Below are positions 21,400 to 33,657 of a DNA stretch of 64,000 nt, in pieces (the stretch's first letter is position 1; each line of letters begins with the position of its first letter). This DNA comes from Phyllosticta citribraziliensis. Its lineage: Eukaryota. The notes beneath the pieces were generated by a model. The model did no database searches. It saw only the letters and a program-made list of their open reading frames with translations, and was not told where the DNA came from. The DNA lies in assembly GCF_038025025.1 (NCBI RefSeq), contig NW_027117345.1:1302001-1366000 (forward strand), read 5' to 3'. The position numbers and the translations under genes are program-made.

Positions 21400-23238
21400 T
21401 CAGTTCTTCCGCCAAAATCGACTCAAACCCCTATGCTTCGTCTCTCTTCTTGCCGCCCCATCCACCACGACCTCGGCCTCAAACTCTTCGGAAGCTCCCA
21501 CATTCGCATCTTCTTTACCCTTCCATCGCTTCTCCATCTTCAGTGCCAGCACCATTACGCCCGCCGCCACAATACTGGCAGCCAAAATGCCAATCATGAC
21601 CAAGTTGCTCTTGCGGTACGGGTGCTTAGCAGCCGCATCAGCCGGCCAGCCGGAGTACAGTGCGTACGTGGTAAGGATGCTGCCGAGGTTTCCGAGGCCA
21701 GAGACGAGGGCTGACGCGGCGGCGACGCCGACCTCGCCGTGGCGCGGCTGAAAGAGCTCGTTGGTCCACGCCATGGTCAGGGGAACGGTAGGGCCCAGGC
21801 CGAAGCCGACGAGCAGCAGTCCGCCGTAGCGCGCCCACGGCTGCGGCTGCGGCGGTGCAAACGTGGTGACGAGGAGGCCGGTGATTTGGAGGAGCACGGC
21901 GAGGGAGAAGAAGAGGGCGCGGTGTTGGTTGTAGCGGTCTGAGAGGGGGGTGATGAGGAGGATCGCGATGAGATCCATCTGGGCTCAATGTTAGCGGCGC
22001 GGTTTGGTGAGAGTTGGGTGGCTTACAATCCAGATGGGCGCTGTGATAAGGGACAGATCGACGCCAGAAAGGCTTGGGTTGATGGCTTCTATGATGACAG
22101 TCGCGTAGAGTTGCACGCCGATGCCAACGCCCACCACACCGAAGTACATGATGGTGAGGGGCCAGACACGCCAGTCAATCAGGACTTGCCAGAGGTCACG
22201 CGCCGTCCAAGGTTTGTGGTGATATACCCGAGTGAGGTCCTCGTAATGGATGCGGGCGTCCTCGCCAGTCAAGGCGGGCTTGCTCACAGGAATCCATTTA
22301 CGCCAGCCGCTGCGATTTGGTGCCTCTCCAGGAGCTAGCGGGCGGTCTGGAAGCCACCAAAGTAGGGAGATGCCCACGGCAATGGTGATGACGCCGTAGA
22401 CCAGGAACATCCACTGGAAGCCAACGTATCCGTAGATGCCATCCATTTTTTGGAAGCCGGCAGAGACGAGACCAACTACAGCAGCCGAGACTTGGGCGGC
22501 CGTGAAGTAGTTGCCAATCCGCTTGCCGGTGCGGGAGGGAGGATAGAAAAGGGTGAGATAGTAAGACATTCCCGGCCACATTCCCGCAATAACGACTCCG
22601 AGAAGAAGTCGTAGTAGGCTGAGACGATGTGTAAGTCGAAGGGAATCAAGACAGACAGATGAGAAGGCGTACTAGAAACTCCATTCGGCCTTCATGGCTG
22701 TCATGCAAGTGCCAATGATGCCAACGCCAACGACGATTCTGCTCATCCATACATGTGGACTAAGCCTTGACATGATCAAATTGGACGGAAAATCGAAGAT
22801 GACGTAGCAAACGTAGAACAGGGCAAGACCGGTCGAGATTTGCTTGGAATTGATGTTCAAGACGGAACCCAAGTCGTGGCCGGACGAGCTGTTCATGGTT
22901 TGGGCAAGGCCCACGTTGGAGCGGATTGCTGAGCATAGGAAATACAAAACCCAAAAGGCTACACGGATAGGTGGTCAGTTGCAAGACGTGTGGAATTCGG
23001 CGGTGGGGGCGCGACCTGGTAGAATTCTACGATCCAACTTCCTGGAGCTGGTCAGCGGTCGAAGTAGGGTACATATATGACCGACTATGACTTACTTGTA
23101 GACCTTTTCTATTCTGTCGAAGTCGACCATATCCTGGCCAACCTCTCGGTCCTCCTCGACCTCGCCGTGCTTGTCCTGCGACCCAGCAGGCGGCTCGACA
23201 TAGTAGCGGCTGCTTCGATCGGCCTGTTCTTCCGCCAT
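21400..23238 (-). CDS. MFS transporter, Dal5/allantoate-nicotinate permease (anion:cation symporter) family
   Basis: ATG 23238 MAEEQ..IEKVY|KLDRRILP|FWVLYFLCSAIRSNVGLA, FYVCYVIFDFPSN, AGMWPGMSYYLTLFYP, FQWMFLVYG, WLPDRP; several introns; hydrophobic helices continue to the stop at 21400. Confidence 0.9.
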
Positions 23239-23944
23239 GGCTGACACGCGTGGCGATGGTTTGAAAGTCACTCCTCGAAGCTAGGAGAAGAAAAGACCAG
23301 ATTCAAACGAAAAGCCGAGTCGTGTCATTCGCGCAAAGACAGTGACTCTAAAAGCAAGCAGCCAGAAAAAAGCGGAAAACTAGCGACGCCAACTCCGAAG
23401 TCGGAAATCGAGCTCGCCCAAGCTCTTTTGGGGCATAGATCCTCTGTTTCCTCTGTGCCAAGCGCCGCGTCAGTAGTAGCATAGCAAAGAAATTTGTTCG
23501 TTGGGCTTGGAAGCGATTCAGCCGATGATAACCATGAAGGCTTCGTCGGTCTGGTGGGTCAACCGTCAGCAATCACCCCGCGGCCACCTGATGGGGCGTG
23601 CTTTGAGCTGCATGGTGGCTGTCCTGCCGGCGTCCGCCTCATTCTGCTGGCACGCCGGCGTTGCATTTGGCAATACATGGAAGAAGTCCACCGTGATGAT
23701 TGAAGAGGAGAGCAAAGTGAACTCAGGCCAAACTTTTGGTTGACCTGACAGAGCGGTCGGTTGTAAAGTCCGTGCGAAGCTTTCACGGCCGAGACACTGA
23801 GCTCGAGCTATGACCTCACCAACCCGCGACACCATGACCACCCCAATCGTCGACGACAGCACTTCGACGTCCGGAATCGCAAGCCTCTAGCCCAATGCTT
23901 TGACACCTGGCCCACTAAAGATACTCGATCGCTGTTCCACCACG

Positions 23945-24865
23945 ATGTTGCTCCTCCGTGCGTCAAGACCTTTTGCCCTGCGCTCGTCAAGGTCACCAGG
24001 CCGCCACGCGCGCCTCGTCTCAACGCTCCCAAACAATCGCAATGTCGTATGTCTTCGCATCTGTGTCTTTTCATACTTTCAGGCTAACTCACAACTACAG
24101 TATGTCCATCCAACAACCTCGCAGTCCTCTCCTCACGACACCTACACCCTGACCCTCACGCCAACCTCTCCACCCCACCCACACCTCGCCCTCGGCACCA
24201 CGACCGCTATCCCCGTAACACCGCGCTCCTTTTCCGAAAATCCACACTTCCTCAAGCTCGTCCACTCCGTCCTGCGTACACATGCAATCCACGACCCAAC
24301 CGTGCGCGGCGCAGCGGCCGCCTACGCCAGCACGGCAGGCGCCACGCTGGGCTCTGGGGGCGCGGGATTCATAGCCGGTGGCGGCGGATCCAGCGGTGCA
24401 GGAGGACTGCCCCCAAACCACCCGGCAGCGCAAGCAGCGCGTCAAGCAGCCAAGCGGGCGCGGCCGTCCAACATCCCGGGCAGCGCCCGGTCGCCCACCA
24501 CGCCATCACCGTCGCCCTCGTCAACGCCTTACTCGGCGTACGGTGGCGGAGGCGGAGCTGGTGGAGACGGCGCGGGCGGAGCGTCTGCGCAGGGCGGCGC
24601 TGGAGGCGGCGGGCGTGGCGGCTGGGTCCATGTGAGCGACGAGCGGCGGGCGCCTGAGTACGGACGGATAGCATGGCCGGAGGACATTTTCGGCAGTGTC
24701 GAAGTGGATGGCAAGGGCGAGTTCGTCGGCGAAGGCGGCAACTATCAAGAGAGTGGGACGTATCGCATCGTCACAAATGAAGGGGTGCTGGGACTCAGTG
24801 GATATCTGATGGAAAAGGTAAGGGCCGCCGTAGAAGAGCTTGAGAAACATGGAGTAGGAAGATGA
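23945..24865 (+). CDS. Conserved-looking fungal hypothetical protein, probable mitochondrial presequence
   Basis: ATG 23945 MLLLRASRPFALRSSRSPGRHARLVS (Arg/Ser-rich, no acidic residues); 54-nt intron 24047-24100; Gly-rich linker; C-terminal GWVHVSDERRAPEYGRIAWPEDIFGSVEVDG..YQESGTYRIVT. Confidence 0.8.
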   Translation: MLLLRASRPFALRSSRSPGRHARLVSTLPNNRNVVCLRICVFSYFQANSQLQYVHPTTSQSSPHDTYTLTLTPTSPPHPHLALGTTTAIPVTPRSFSENPHFLKLVHSVLRTHAIHDPTVRGAAAAYASTAGATLGSGGAGFIAGGGGSSGAGGLPPNHPAAQAARQAAKRARPSNIPGSARSPTTPSPSPSSTPYSAYGGGGGAGGDGAGGASAQGGAGGGGRGGWVHVSDERRAPEYGRIAWPEDIFGSVEVDGKGEFVGEGGNYQESGTYRIVTNEGVLGLSGYLMEKVRAAVEELEKHGVGR

Positions 24866-25281
24866 GGCTTTTGCCCAGGGAAGTAAAAAGGCTTCGATGA
24901 AGATATGATGGCGTGCAGTGTGTAAACAATTGAGTGCGTGCAGGCTGCTGCACCAGGGGAAAGCGGCGATGAACGAACTCGGCACGTAGATACCCACAGC
25001 GAAGAACAAAATGATACTCTCCTCTCTCTATCCGCCGGTTTGGAATATGGCAGTCCCTAAGTGCACAACTGCGCCCATACAGTTTCGGACGTTCAGGGCG
25101 CGCAAAGTGATCCAACACTCTGGTCTGGCTGAAGTAACAATGACTGCTTCTTAAGCGCGCCTATAGCAACAAGACGACACTGATACAAGCACATACAGAC
25201 CGGGAAATGACGTTGGACTGGAGGACGAACGAAGATCGTGAAGGAGTCTTTCTGAAGAATGTGAACGAATGGAATGAACAG

Positions 25282-27072
25282 TCAAATAGGCCAATCCTCT
25301 AGCAACCACTTGGTGGTGTTCTCTGCGTGTTTGGTCGCTGGGATCGCAAGGGTCTCCGAATTGTCTGAACCTGAATTCTCTCCATCCGAACTGTCGCCAG
25401 CACTGTCGTCGTTATTTTCTTGGTCCATATAGGGTCCCGGGTCCGGCTTTCTCCCGTAAATGACGAAGCTATGCAACAGTCAGTTAGCCAGCTAGCCAAC
25501 GACATCATCACCAAGGCCGAGAGTAAAGAAGACGTGGTGGAAGATAGGAGAAGAATGCACGAGCGCACCAAGACAGGTAAGCATGAATGCCCCCGTCCAG
25601 CAAGGCGTCGCGAAAACTCTCAAGAAAGTAACTCCTCATCATTTCAGACCAGCCCAAGCGCTCAAAGACTGGATCAAAGGACGTGTGATTGTCGACGCTG
25701 GCCAACGCGTGGTACCGCAGCCAGCGGCCAGCCTCGCTGAGGCGCTTGTTGCTGGACCACGGGCCGAGGGGGATCTTCATGCGTCGCTCGACAATGTCGA
25801 CGAAGCCTGCGTCAATTAAGCCTTGGCGATGTGCGTCGAAGGACGTGGAGGCTCCCGTAGGTACGGCCGGAGAGGCCAAAGCCGCAGCGATTTGTAAGTC
25901 GCGCCAGTCGTGGAAGACGTGGTCATCGGGGACAGATCCATCATCGCTCGTGAAGAAGTAGGAGAATTCCTTTTGCTCGTAATATCCGTTAGGTCTGAGG
26001 TGGCTGTGAAGCTTTCACTGTCAGCGCCGCGGCTTCCATGCCAGCGTGGACTTGAACTGCGTACGCAAAAACCCGAGCGTAGTGCGTGGCCCAATCGACA
26101 ATGATGTTGCTCACAGAGCGGGCGTGGATGAAGTCGTAACAATTCAGTGGCAGGCCCCGAGACCAGTCAATGCGCTCCACGCAGAAGTACAATCTACCTG
26201 ACAATCTACCCGGCCACCAGGCGGATGGGTTCCAAGTAACCTCGGAGTCTATGCCATCGACCGTGGTCGTCCGGTATGTTGAGACAAAATCCCTAAACTG
26301 CAGTGAGTTGGTAGTCTCTGGGGTTGTCTCCAGGACTCACTTGGCCCAAGTCCCTGTGGCCAATTAGCGCCGAATGACTCGACTGATTACGTGGTCGATG
26401 GTTTGCACCGTACCTTTCCCTCTCTTGATGTCCACGATTTCCTGAAATATGTCAGTTCGGTGGTTTTGTTTAACTTCATCAATGTCATATTACGGTCTCA
26501 AACGTTCGAACTGGAGCAGCGCAGAGTGCGCCGTTCAGCATGAGCAACCAGATCTGATGGCTGTGAGGCGATCATCAGCCGCTGTTCCGGGGATTGCGTC
26601 ATCCCTCTGATACTCACATGGGGTCGATGGCTTCGAGAGCCCTATTGAAAGAGAGATGAGACCGGAGCAAGACTTCATGTCGGTCGAAACTTACTGGTCG
26701 CGACCGGTGGGTATATTGAGTCTGCGTTTATTCTCGACGGGATATTTGTGTGCCAACGAGGCCAATCTTCCAAGCTCATCGTTCCTGTTGAGACAATATG
26801 AGCATCCAGGCTGAGAATGGCGGCTTTGAGACAGACAGGTCATGTCCGCTGTGTTCTGAATGATAGTTTGGCGGTTCTGTTGCCTGAATATCTGTCAACA
26901 CAGAAAGAGCACGACACTGTGACCTGGATCTCACGATTGGAATATGGTCGTCCAGGGATGGATCTGCTCCGACCGAGGTGTAGTCTTCCTCGAAGATGTT
27001 GAGGATCAGTGCTCGAAATGGACGATGTTTGTCACGACGAATACAGGTCGGACGTCCATAAAAGGTCTTCAT
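25282..27072 (-). CDS. LaeA/TAM-like class I SAM-dependent methyltransferase, highly divergent, about 9 introns; start uncertain
   Basis: Hand-spliced path: ..KYPVENKRR..DQ|ALEAIDPI|HQIWLLMLNGALCAAPV..|EIVDIKRGKG|TWAK|DF..VDGIDS..YDFIHARS..FA|HLRPNGYYEQKE..SDDGS..DAGFVDIVERRMKIPLGPW..LGWS..IHAY|FVIYGRKP. This follows the family layout. Confidence 0.75.
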
Positions 27073-28348
27073 CTTAATGATTGCAAATGATGCGTGCGGT
27101 TGTTTCGAGACGATAAGCAGGAAGAGGCAGAAATGGAAATCTCTGTTCTATCCTTGGCTGCCGCATCGCGACTGAAGCGTGTCGTTGCAGAAGAGGAAGT
27201 CGCAGTCCCCGTGCGGCGGTCCACATGGTTGGTCAAGTTTCGAGACACTTTTTTCCCAACGCAAAGATTCAACTTTCTTGGGAAACGATCGAGTCCGGTG
27301 GTTATAGCTGGATCGTGGGCTCGCTGGTCTCTTCAAATTTTAATGCAGGTCGATTCGAAACACTGAAGCTGGTCGTCAAAGTTCAACCGGTGGATATAAC
27401 CCGTGGCCCCTAGAACCAATGTCATGTTTAAGGAGCGAGCGATCGATTTCTTCACGCTTAGTCGCCGATGGGCAGTGATGATTCCGTCAGGTCCGTCTGA
27501 CATGTGTCTAGCGCCTGCATTTCAGTTCGAATTCGACCCTCAAATCGCGCCATCCATGGTAGCTTGTGCCACAACCCGCTCGAAGTTTTCTGCAAGGGAC
27601 AACAGCAGTGGCGGAGCTGAAGCAGCTCAAGTCACCGAAGGAGTCATGGCTGAAGCGTGCTGACTCGACGGCTGATGAGAGCAGTCGGAGTTATGGACAA
27701 ACACCAGGCAAGACCGAGTCAAGAGTCGCGATGATGTCGATTCCGATGGGTATGAGCAGCGGGACCAAGAGTCAAGAAACGATTTGGCGTGCAGGGACCG
27801 ACTAAGGTCCGATTCAGGAAGCGGAGGGTGAAAGGATTATTCATGGCAGGGTCTTCACGAGGCCAGCGTCCTCGGATATCGGAAGGGCATCGTTCAGCAT
27901 CTTGGGGTCAAGCGAGGGTTCCTGCGACTGAGGTAGTATTTGGTTTGTCACACGCCGATCGCGATGCGGATCCAGGCCGTGAGGAGGCCTGAGATGGTGC
28001 GGAGAGGGGACGGAGCGTGAGGGCAGGATGGCGAGAGCGGTGGTCAAGAAATAGAGAGAGGAAGAAGGAGGCTCAAGTAGCGGTAGCAGTAGCAGCAGCA
28101 AGACGTGGTCGGCGCCAGGGGGTAGTGGTAGTCCGGGTTCAGGGCGCGGGGCAGGCCAGGGGGCTGTGGCAGAGAAGATCCAAGCTTCCAGGCTAGCGGT
28201 GCCGGCAGATGTGTGCGAGAAAACGCGTACATAATTTGAACTGGACGAGGGACCTTTAAAAGACACGTAGAGGCCGTCAGCCCTTTGTCAAGGAAACCAG
28301 CCGTTCAACACAGGTGAAGCTCCCGGGCCCGGTCTAGCTTCGAACAAG

Positions 28349-31300
28349 ATGCCGATCCGTACCACCACTCGCACACGAATCCTCCCACGCTCGCTCGCGC
28401 GGGGCTCGTCGAGAATATTTTCTGCCACTAGGCCTCCTCGGCCCACGACCCTGCACCTCGAGCACCGCAATGCGCCGCTGCTAGCCCTGAGCCTGAGCTT
28501 GAGCACGCCATCTACTTCCTCTTCCTCCTTCTCCAACGCTGCTCGCTTTTTCTCCAGCAGTCCCATCCCCATGGCTGCCCAGAAGATTGACGGCAACGCC
28601 GTCGCCAAGAGCATCCGCGAGAAGCTCAATGCCGAAATCCACGACAAGCAGCAGCTCAACCCGCGCTACAAGCCTGCCTTGAGGATCATTCAGGGTATGT
28701 CCACGTCTCCCGACCCCATGTGCTCTGCAATCCGCTGACTTTCCCACCAGTTGGCGACCGCTCCGATTCCAGTAAGTCGTCTGTCACAACAAACACCGCC
28801 GAGCCTCAATTGACCCGGCTCGTCCAGGCACCTATGTGCGCATGAAGCTCAAGGCCGCTGAAGAGGTTTGCGCGCTCTCTGCCTCGTCCTAGCATGCGCT
28901 GACTTTCCCAGGCCGGAATCGACTGCCAGCTCGTCAAGCTGCCTGAAGAAATCACCGAGCCCGAACTGCTCCAACAAATCACTCACTTCAACAACGACCC
29001 GGCCGTCCACGGCATCCTCGTCCAGCTGCCCGTCCCCAAGCACATTTCCGAGTACAACATCACCTCTGCTGTGGCCGAGGAGAAGGATGTCGACGGATTC
29101 GGCGTCGCCAACATTGGAGAGCTCGCCAAGCGCGGCGGAAAGCCTCTCTTCACTCCATGCACCCCCAAGGGTGTCATGGTTCTGTTGGAGAGCACCGGCG
29201 TGGATCTCCAGGGCAAGGACGCTGTCGTGATTGGTCGCAGCGATATCGTCGGCAGCCCTGTCAGCTATCTGCTGAAAAACGCCGACGCCACGGTCACCGT
29301 GTGCCACTCGCGGACCAAGAACCTCGCCGACATTGTCAAAAAGGCCGATATCGTCGTCGCCGCCATTGGCAAGGCCGGCTTCGTCAAGGGCGACTGGATC
29401 AAGCCCGGCGCCGTTGTCATTGACGTCGGTACCAACTACATTCCTGACGAGACCAAGAAGTCTGGCCAGAGACTTGTTGGTGATGTCGAGTACGAGGCCG
29501 CTGCGGCCGTCGCCTCCTACATCACGCCTGTTCCCGGCGGTGTTGGTCCCATGACGGTTGCTATGCTCTTGCAAAACGTCGTTGACTCTGCGGACCACTA
29601 CTTTGCGGAGCAAAAGGCGCGCCACATTACTCCTCTTCCGCTTAAGCTGAAGGAGCCTGTCCCCTCTGACATTGCCATCTCCCGTGCCCAGCAACCCAAG
29701 CTCATCAACAATGTCGCCCATGAGATTGGTATCGCAATTCACGAGCTGGAGCCGTACGGCCCATTCAAGGCCAAGGTCGACCTGTCCCTGCTGAAGCGCC
29801 TTGAGCACCGCCGTGATGGTCGTTACATTGTCGTCACTGGAATTACTCCCACGCCTCTCGGTGAGGGCAAGTCTACCACGACCATGGGCTTGACCCAGGC
29901 CCTGGGTGCTCACCTTGGCCGTGTGTCATTCGCCAACGTGCGTCAGCCCAGCCAGGGTCCGACGTTTGGTATCAAGGGTGGAGCTGCCGGAGGTGGTTAC
30001 AGCCAGGTCATCCCTATGGATGAATTCAACATGCACTTGACTGGTGACATCCACGCCGTCACTGCGGCCAACAACTTGCTCGCGGCTGCCATTGAGACCA
30101 GGATTTTCCACGAAAACACCCAAAAGGACGGCCCTCTGTACAAGCGTCTCGTGCCCACCAAGAAGGGCACGAGGGAGTTTGCTCCCGTCATGTTCCGTCG
30201 TCTCAAGAAGCTTGGAATCAACAAGACGAACCCCGACGACCTGACTCCCGAGGAGATCACCCGCTTCGCCAGACTGGACATTGACCCGGACACCATTACT
30301 TGGAGGCGCGTCCTCGACGTCAACGACAGGCACTTGCGCGGCGTCACCGTTGGCACTGCCCCCACCGAAAAGGGCCAGACCCGCGAGACCGGTTTTGATA
30401 TTTCCGTCGCCAGTGAGTGTATGGCCGTCTTGGCTCTGAGCAACGACCTCAAGGACATGCGTGAGCGTCTCGGCCGCATGGTCGTCGCCAGCTCCCGCAG
30501 CGGCGAGCCCATCACCGCCGATGACATTGGTGCCGGTGGTGCTCTCACTGCTCTCATGAAGGACGCCATCAAGCCCAACCTCATGCAGACTCTTGAGGGT
30601 ACTCCCGTCTTTGTCCACGCTGGACCTTTTGCCAACATCTCGATTGGCGCCTCGTCTGTCCTTGCTGACAAGCTCGCTATGAAGCTTGCCGGTACTGAGC
30701 CTGACGAGAACCACAACGAAAAGGTCGGTTTCGTCGTCACCGAGGCTGGCTTCGACTTCACTATGGGTGGTGAGCGCTTCTTCAACATCAAGTGCCGTTC
30801 GTCCGGCCTTGTTCCCGACACGGTCGTGATTGTCGCTACCGTTCGCGCCCTCAAGGTGCACGGCGGTGGTCCCAAAATCACCCCCGGTGCCCAGCTTCCC
30901 GAGGTCTACCGTACTGAAAACGTCGATGTCCTCCGGGCTGGCTGCGTCAACCTCAAGAAGCACATTGCGAACGCCAAACAGTTTGGCGTTCCCGTCGTTG
31001 TCGCTATCAACAAGTTTGAGACCGACACTGAAGCCGAAGTCGCCGTTATCCGCGAGGAGGCTCTTGCGGCTGGCGCCGAAGACGCCATCTCGTCCAACCA
31101 CTGGGCCGAGGGTGGCAAGGGTGCCATTGATCTCGCCAAGGGCGTCATTGCTGCCAGCGAGAAGCCCAAGGACTTCAAGCTGCTGTACGACCTCGAGGGC
31201 AGCGTCCAGGAGCGCATCGAGAAGATTGGCAAGATCATGTACGGCGCCGAGAAGGTCGAGTTCAGCGAGCTGGCCCAGCAGAAGGTCGACTCGTACGTCA

Positions 31301-31548
31301 AGCAGGGCTTTGGAAACCTGCCCATCTGCATCGCGAAGACGCAGTACAGCTTGTCGCACGACCCCGAGCTCAAGGGCGCGCCGACGGGCTTCACGGTCCC
31401 CATCCGCGACGTCCGCATGGCTGCTGGTGCTGGCTACCTGTACGCCCTTGCCGCCGACATCCAGACCATCCCTGGTCTGCCCACTGCTCCCGGCTACTTG
31501 AACGTCGACGTCGACTCTGACTCTGGCGAGATCGAGGGCCTGTTCTAA
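28349..31548 (+). CDS. ADE3: C1-tetrahydrofolate synthase (trifunctional dehydrogenase/cyclohydrolase/formyl-THF synthetase)
   Basis: MAAQKIDG at ATG 28571, with an in-frame upstream ATG at 28349. Introns 28695-28750, 28772-28827 and 28866-28911. Motifs [64 protein letters not shown] and VHAGPFANI. Confidence 0.97.
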
Positions 31549-33636
31549 GCCACTTGATTCCTTCTGATTCTCAGGAACTGCTTTCTCTGTTGATATCCGG
31601 GTTGCCATTGCCCTCTTAACAGCGCAATGGACCCTTGTTTATTTCTTTCAAAATCGTGTTTTTCTTGCGACTTGGCGTGTATTCGCTTCGTTGTCCTTTC
31701 TTCCTACCTATCTACCTCTCGAAGCGCGTTGCAGCGTGCGTCGACCTTTTCTTCTTCTGCGCCATCACAAAAAAAGCGGAGGACACGGGATGGCCACGAA
31801 TGATGGACGAGTTTACGGAATACATGCATGCAGTCTCTTCAACGACGGACGCATGGCGGGGGTCATGGAGTTTTGTTTCTCTTTTGGGTGCATCGTTCGT
31901 CTCAACCAACGAACATGCCAGGCACAACAACTGCCGTGGGTGGGGTGAAGAGTCTTGGTTCATCACCAGGGGGACATCCATCTCTCTCGGAGAGGGATGC
32001 GCTGACACGCAATAGCAGAGAATGAAGACGTATATATGTCGTGCCCGCTTCATCAGCGGGTGAAATCACCAAATCATCCACCAATCGTGCATCGGTCTAT
32101 ATGAGTTGCCCGTGTGCTGTAACAGCCTAGGAGTAAGGACGACAGAGTGATGGAGCAGTGACAGGACAAAGGAGCAGGAGGGTATCTAGGTGGCTGGGGA
32201 GGAGAAGCAGCAACGCGGTGCCGGTACTGACTGGCAGGGTTGCTTTGCAGCACCACACCAACCCTCTCTACTGCTCGCTTATCCACATGTCCACATGCAC
32301 ATCCCACATGCCAACTACCTACATGCTACGTGCCACTATGCGCGCCGTGAAAGCTGTGGCTGGTCATATCTGGCGCATGTACGAGCCAGTCGGAGCAATC
32401 AATCCATATATGCTCAAAGGGAACATGCGTACGCGAATGTTTTGTTTTTTGTTTTGGCTACGCGCTGCTGTTGCTTTCTTTTGTGTGCCCCATTAGTTTC
32501 CTGGTTTTGCCCAGGCTCTCGTGCGCTTGTTTTCATGATACTGCTTGCGATGTAGAGAGGGAGGAGTGCTTGGTTGATGGGTGGTTGGTAAGTGCGCAAG
32601 TGACTCGTTATTCCCGGACAGGGTTGCGCTCCAAGCACCTTGTTTTTTGGGGGCGGAGGTATAACTGATAGGTATGGGAGGGTAGAGACAGCTGAAAGCT
32701 TCGGGCTGGCATTTGCTTGGCCGTTTGGCTTAGCAACTCTGCCCGCTCACTCTTCTTGGCCGTCTTGATTACAGTCGAGCTGGAGTTGGCACGGTTAGAC
32801 AGGACATGCTCAGGAGGCTGGTTCGTCGAGCTGCGCCATATCTGCACTGGACTCTACGGCCGGAGACAGCGTGGCGTCGACGAGAAACGCAAAGTCAGGC
32901 CAAGGCGACATGCCAACCCGCCGACCACCGACCCAAGTGAGCCGAGAGAAGAGAAGTCTTGCCCCTCCTGTTCGCTGTACAAGCCATGGCAATCGACATT
33001 ACTAGCCACCGGAGATGATGGCGCATCTCGCAGCGGGGCAAATCAATCGCCAGTTTGGGAGGGCAGCCCGTTCAATAATCGACGGATTGGGGCATGGGTG
33101 GGCAAGTTGGAAGGAAAATCTCATCGACAGCAATAAATTTTGCTCCGCCCCGCCCGCCCGCCGCCGCTGACAGGCCGAACAGTGTCGAGCATGCCTGGAT
33201 GCACGCGGTAGCGACGGGCGATGAGCGATGAGCGGTGGCACGATTGACGACGAGTCGTCGATGGCGGTACGATGAGGGAGGGCAGCTCAGGAACGTTTGT
33301 CGCTCAGGGTTAGCGGGCCTGCAGCTTCCCGGTCGATCCCTTTGGGGCCCAGGGCCGTCAAGCCACAGACGGCAGCCGATGGAGCGTGGCCCACGAGAAA
33401 AACCTACGAACACGAGGCCCTTGGTTGCCGTTTGCCAGCCGGACGGACAGACAGACGCAATGCATGCATGCATGTTCTCGTTGTTTGCTTCGTGCGTCGC
33501 TTCTGCATGGTGCCCTGTGAAGGATGAGTCGCGTGGTTTCAAGGCTCGAAAAAAGTCCCGGTTCTTGCATGATGAACGAATGCCAGCCTGCTCTGTTCTG
33601 CACATGTGAAAGCGAGCAGATGGCATTTAGGCCAAC

Positions 33637-33657
33637 GGGGGGGGGGGGGGGGGGGGG
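33637..33657 (+). repeat. G21 homopolymer
   Basis: 21 consecutive G, read directly. Confidence 0.9.

Noticed and set aside
27080..28280. Possible extra 5' exons of the methyltransferase, or a separate gene
   Set aside because: Stops interrupt all frames I tried and I found no convincing splice path; left unannotated.
28849..31608. Long antisense ORFs (354 aa and 560 aa) opposite C1-THF synthase
   Set aside because: Codon-register mirror of a highly biased gene (C-ending codons remove antisense stops); no independent motifs.
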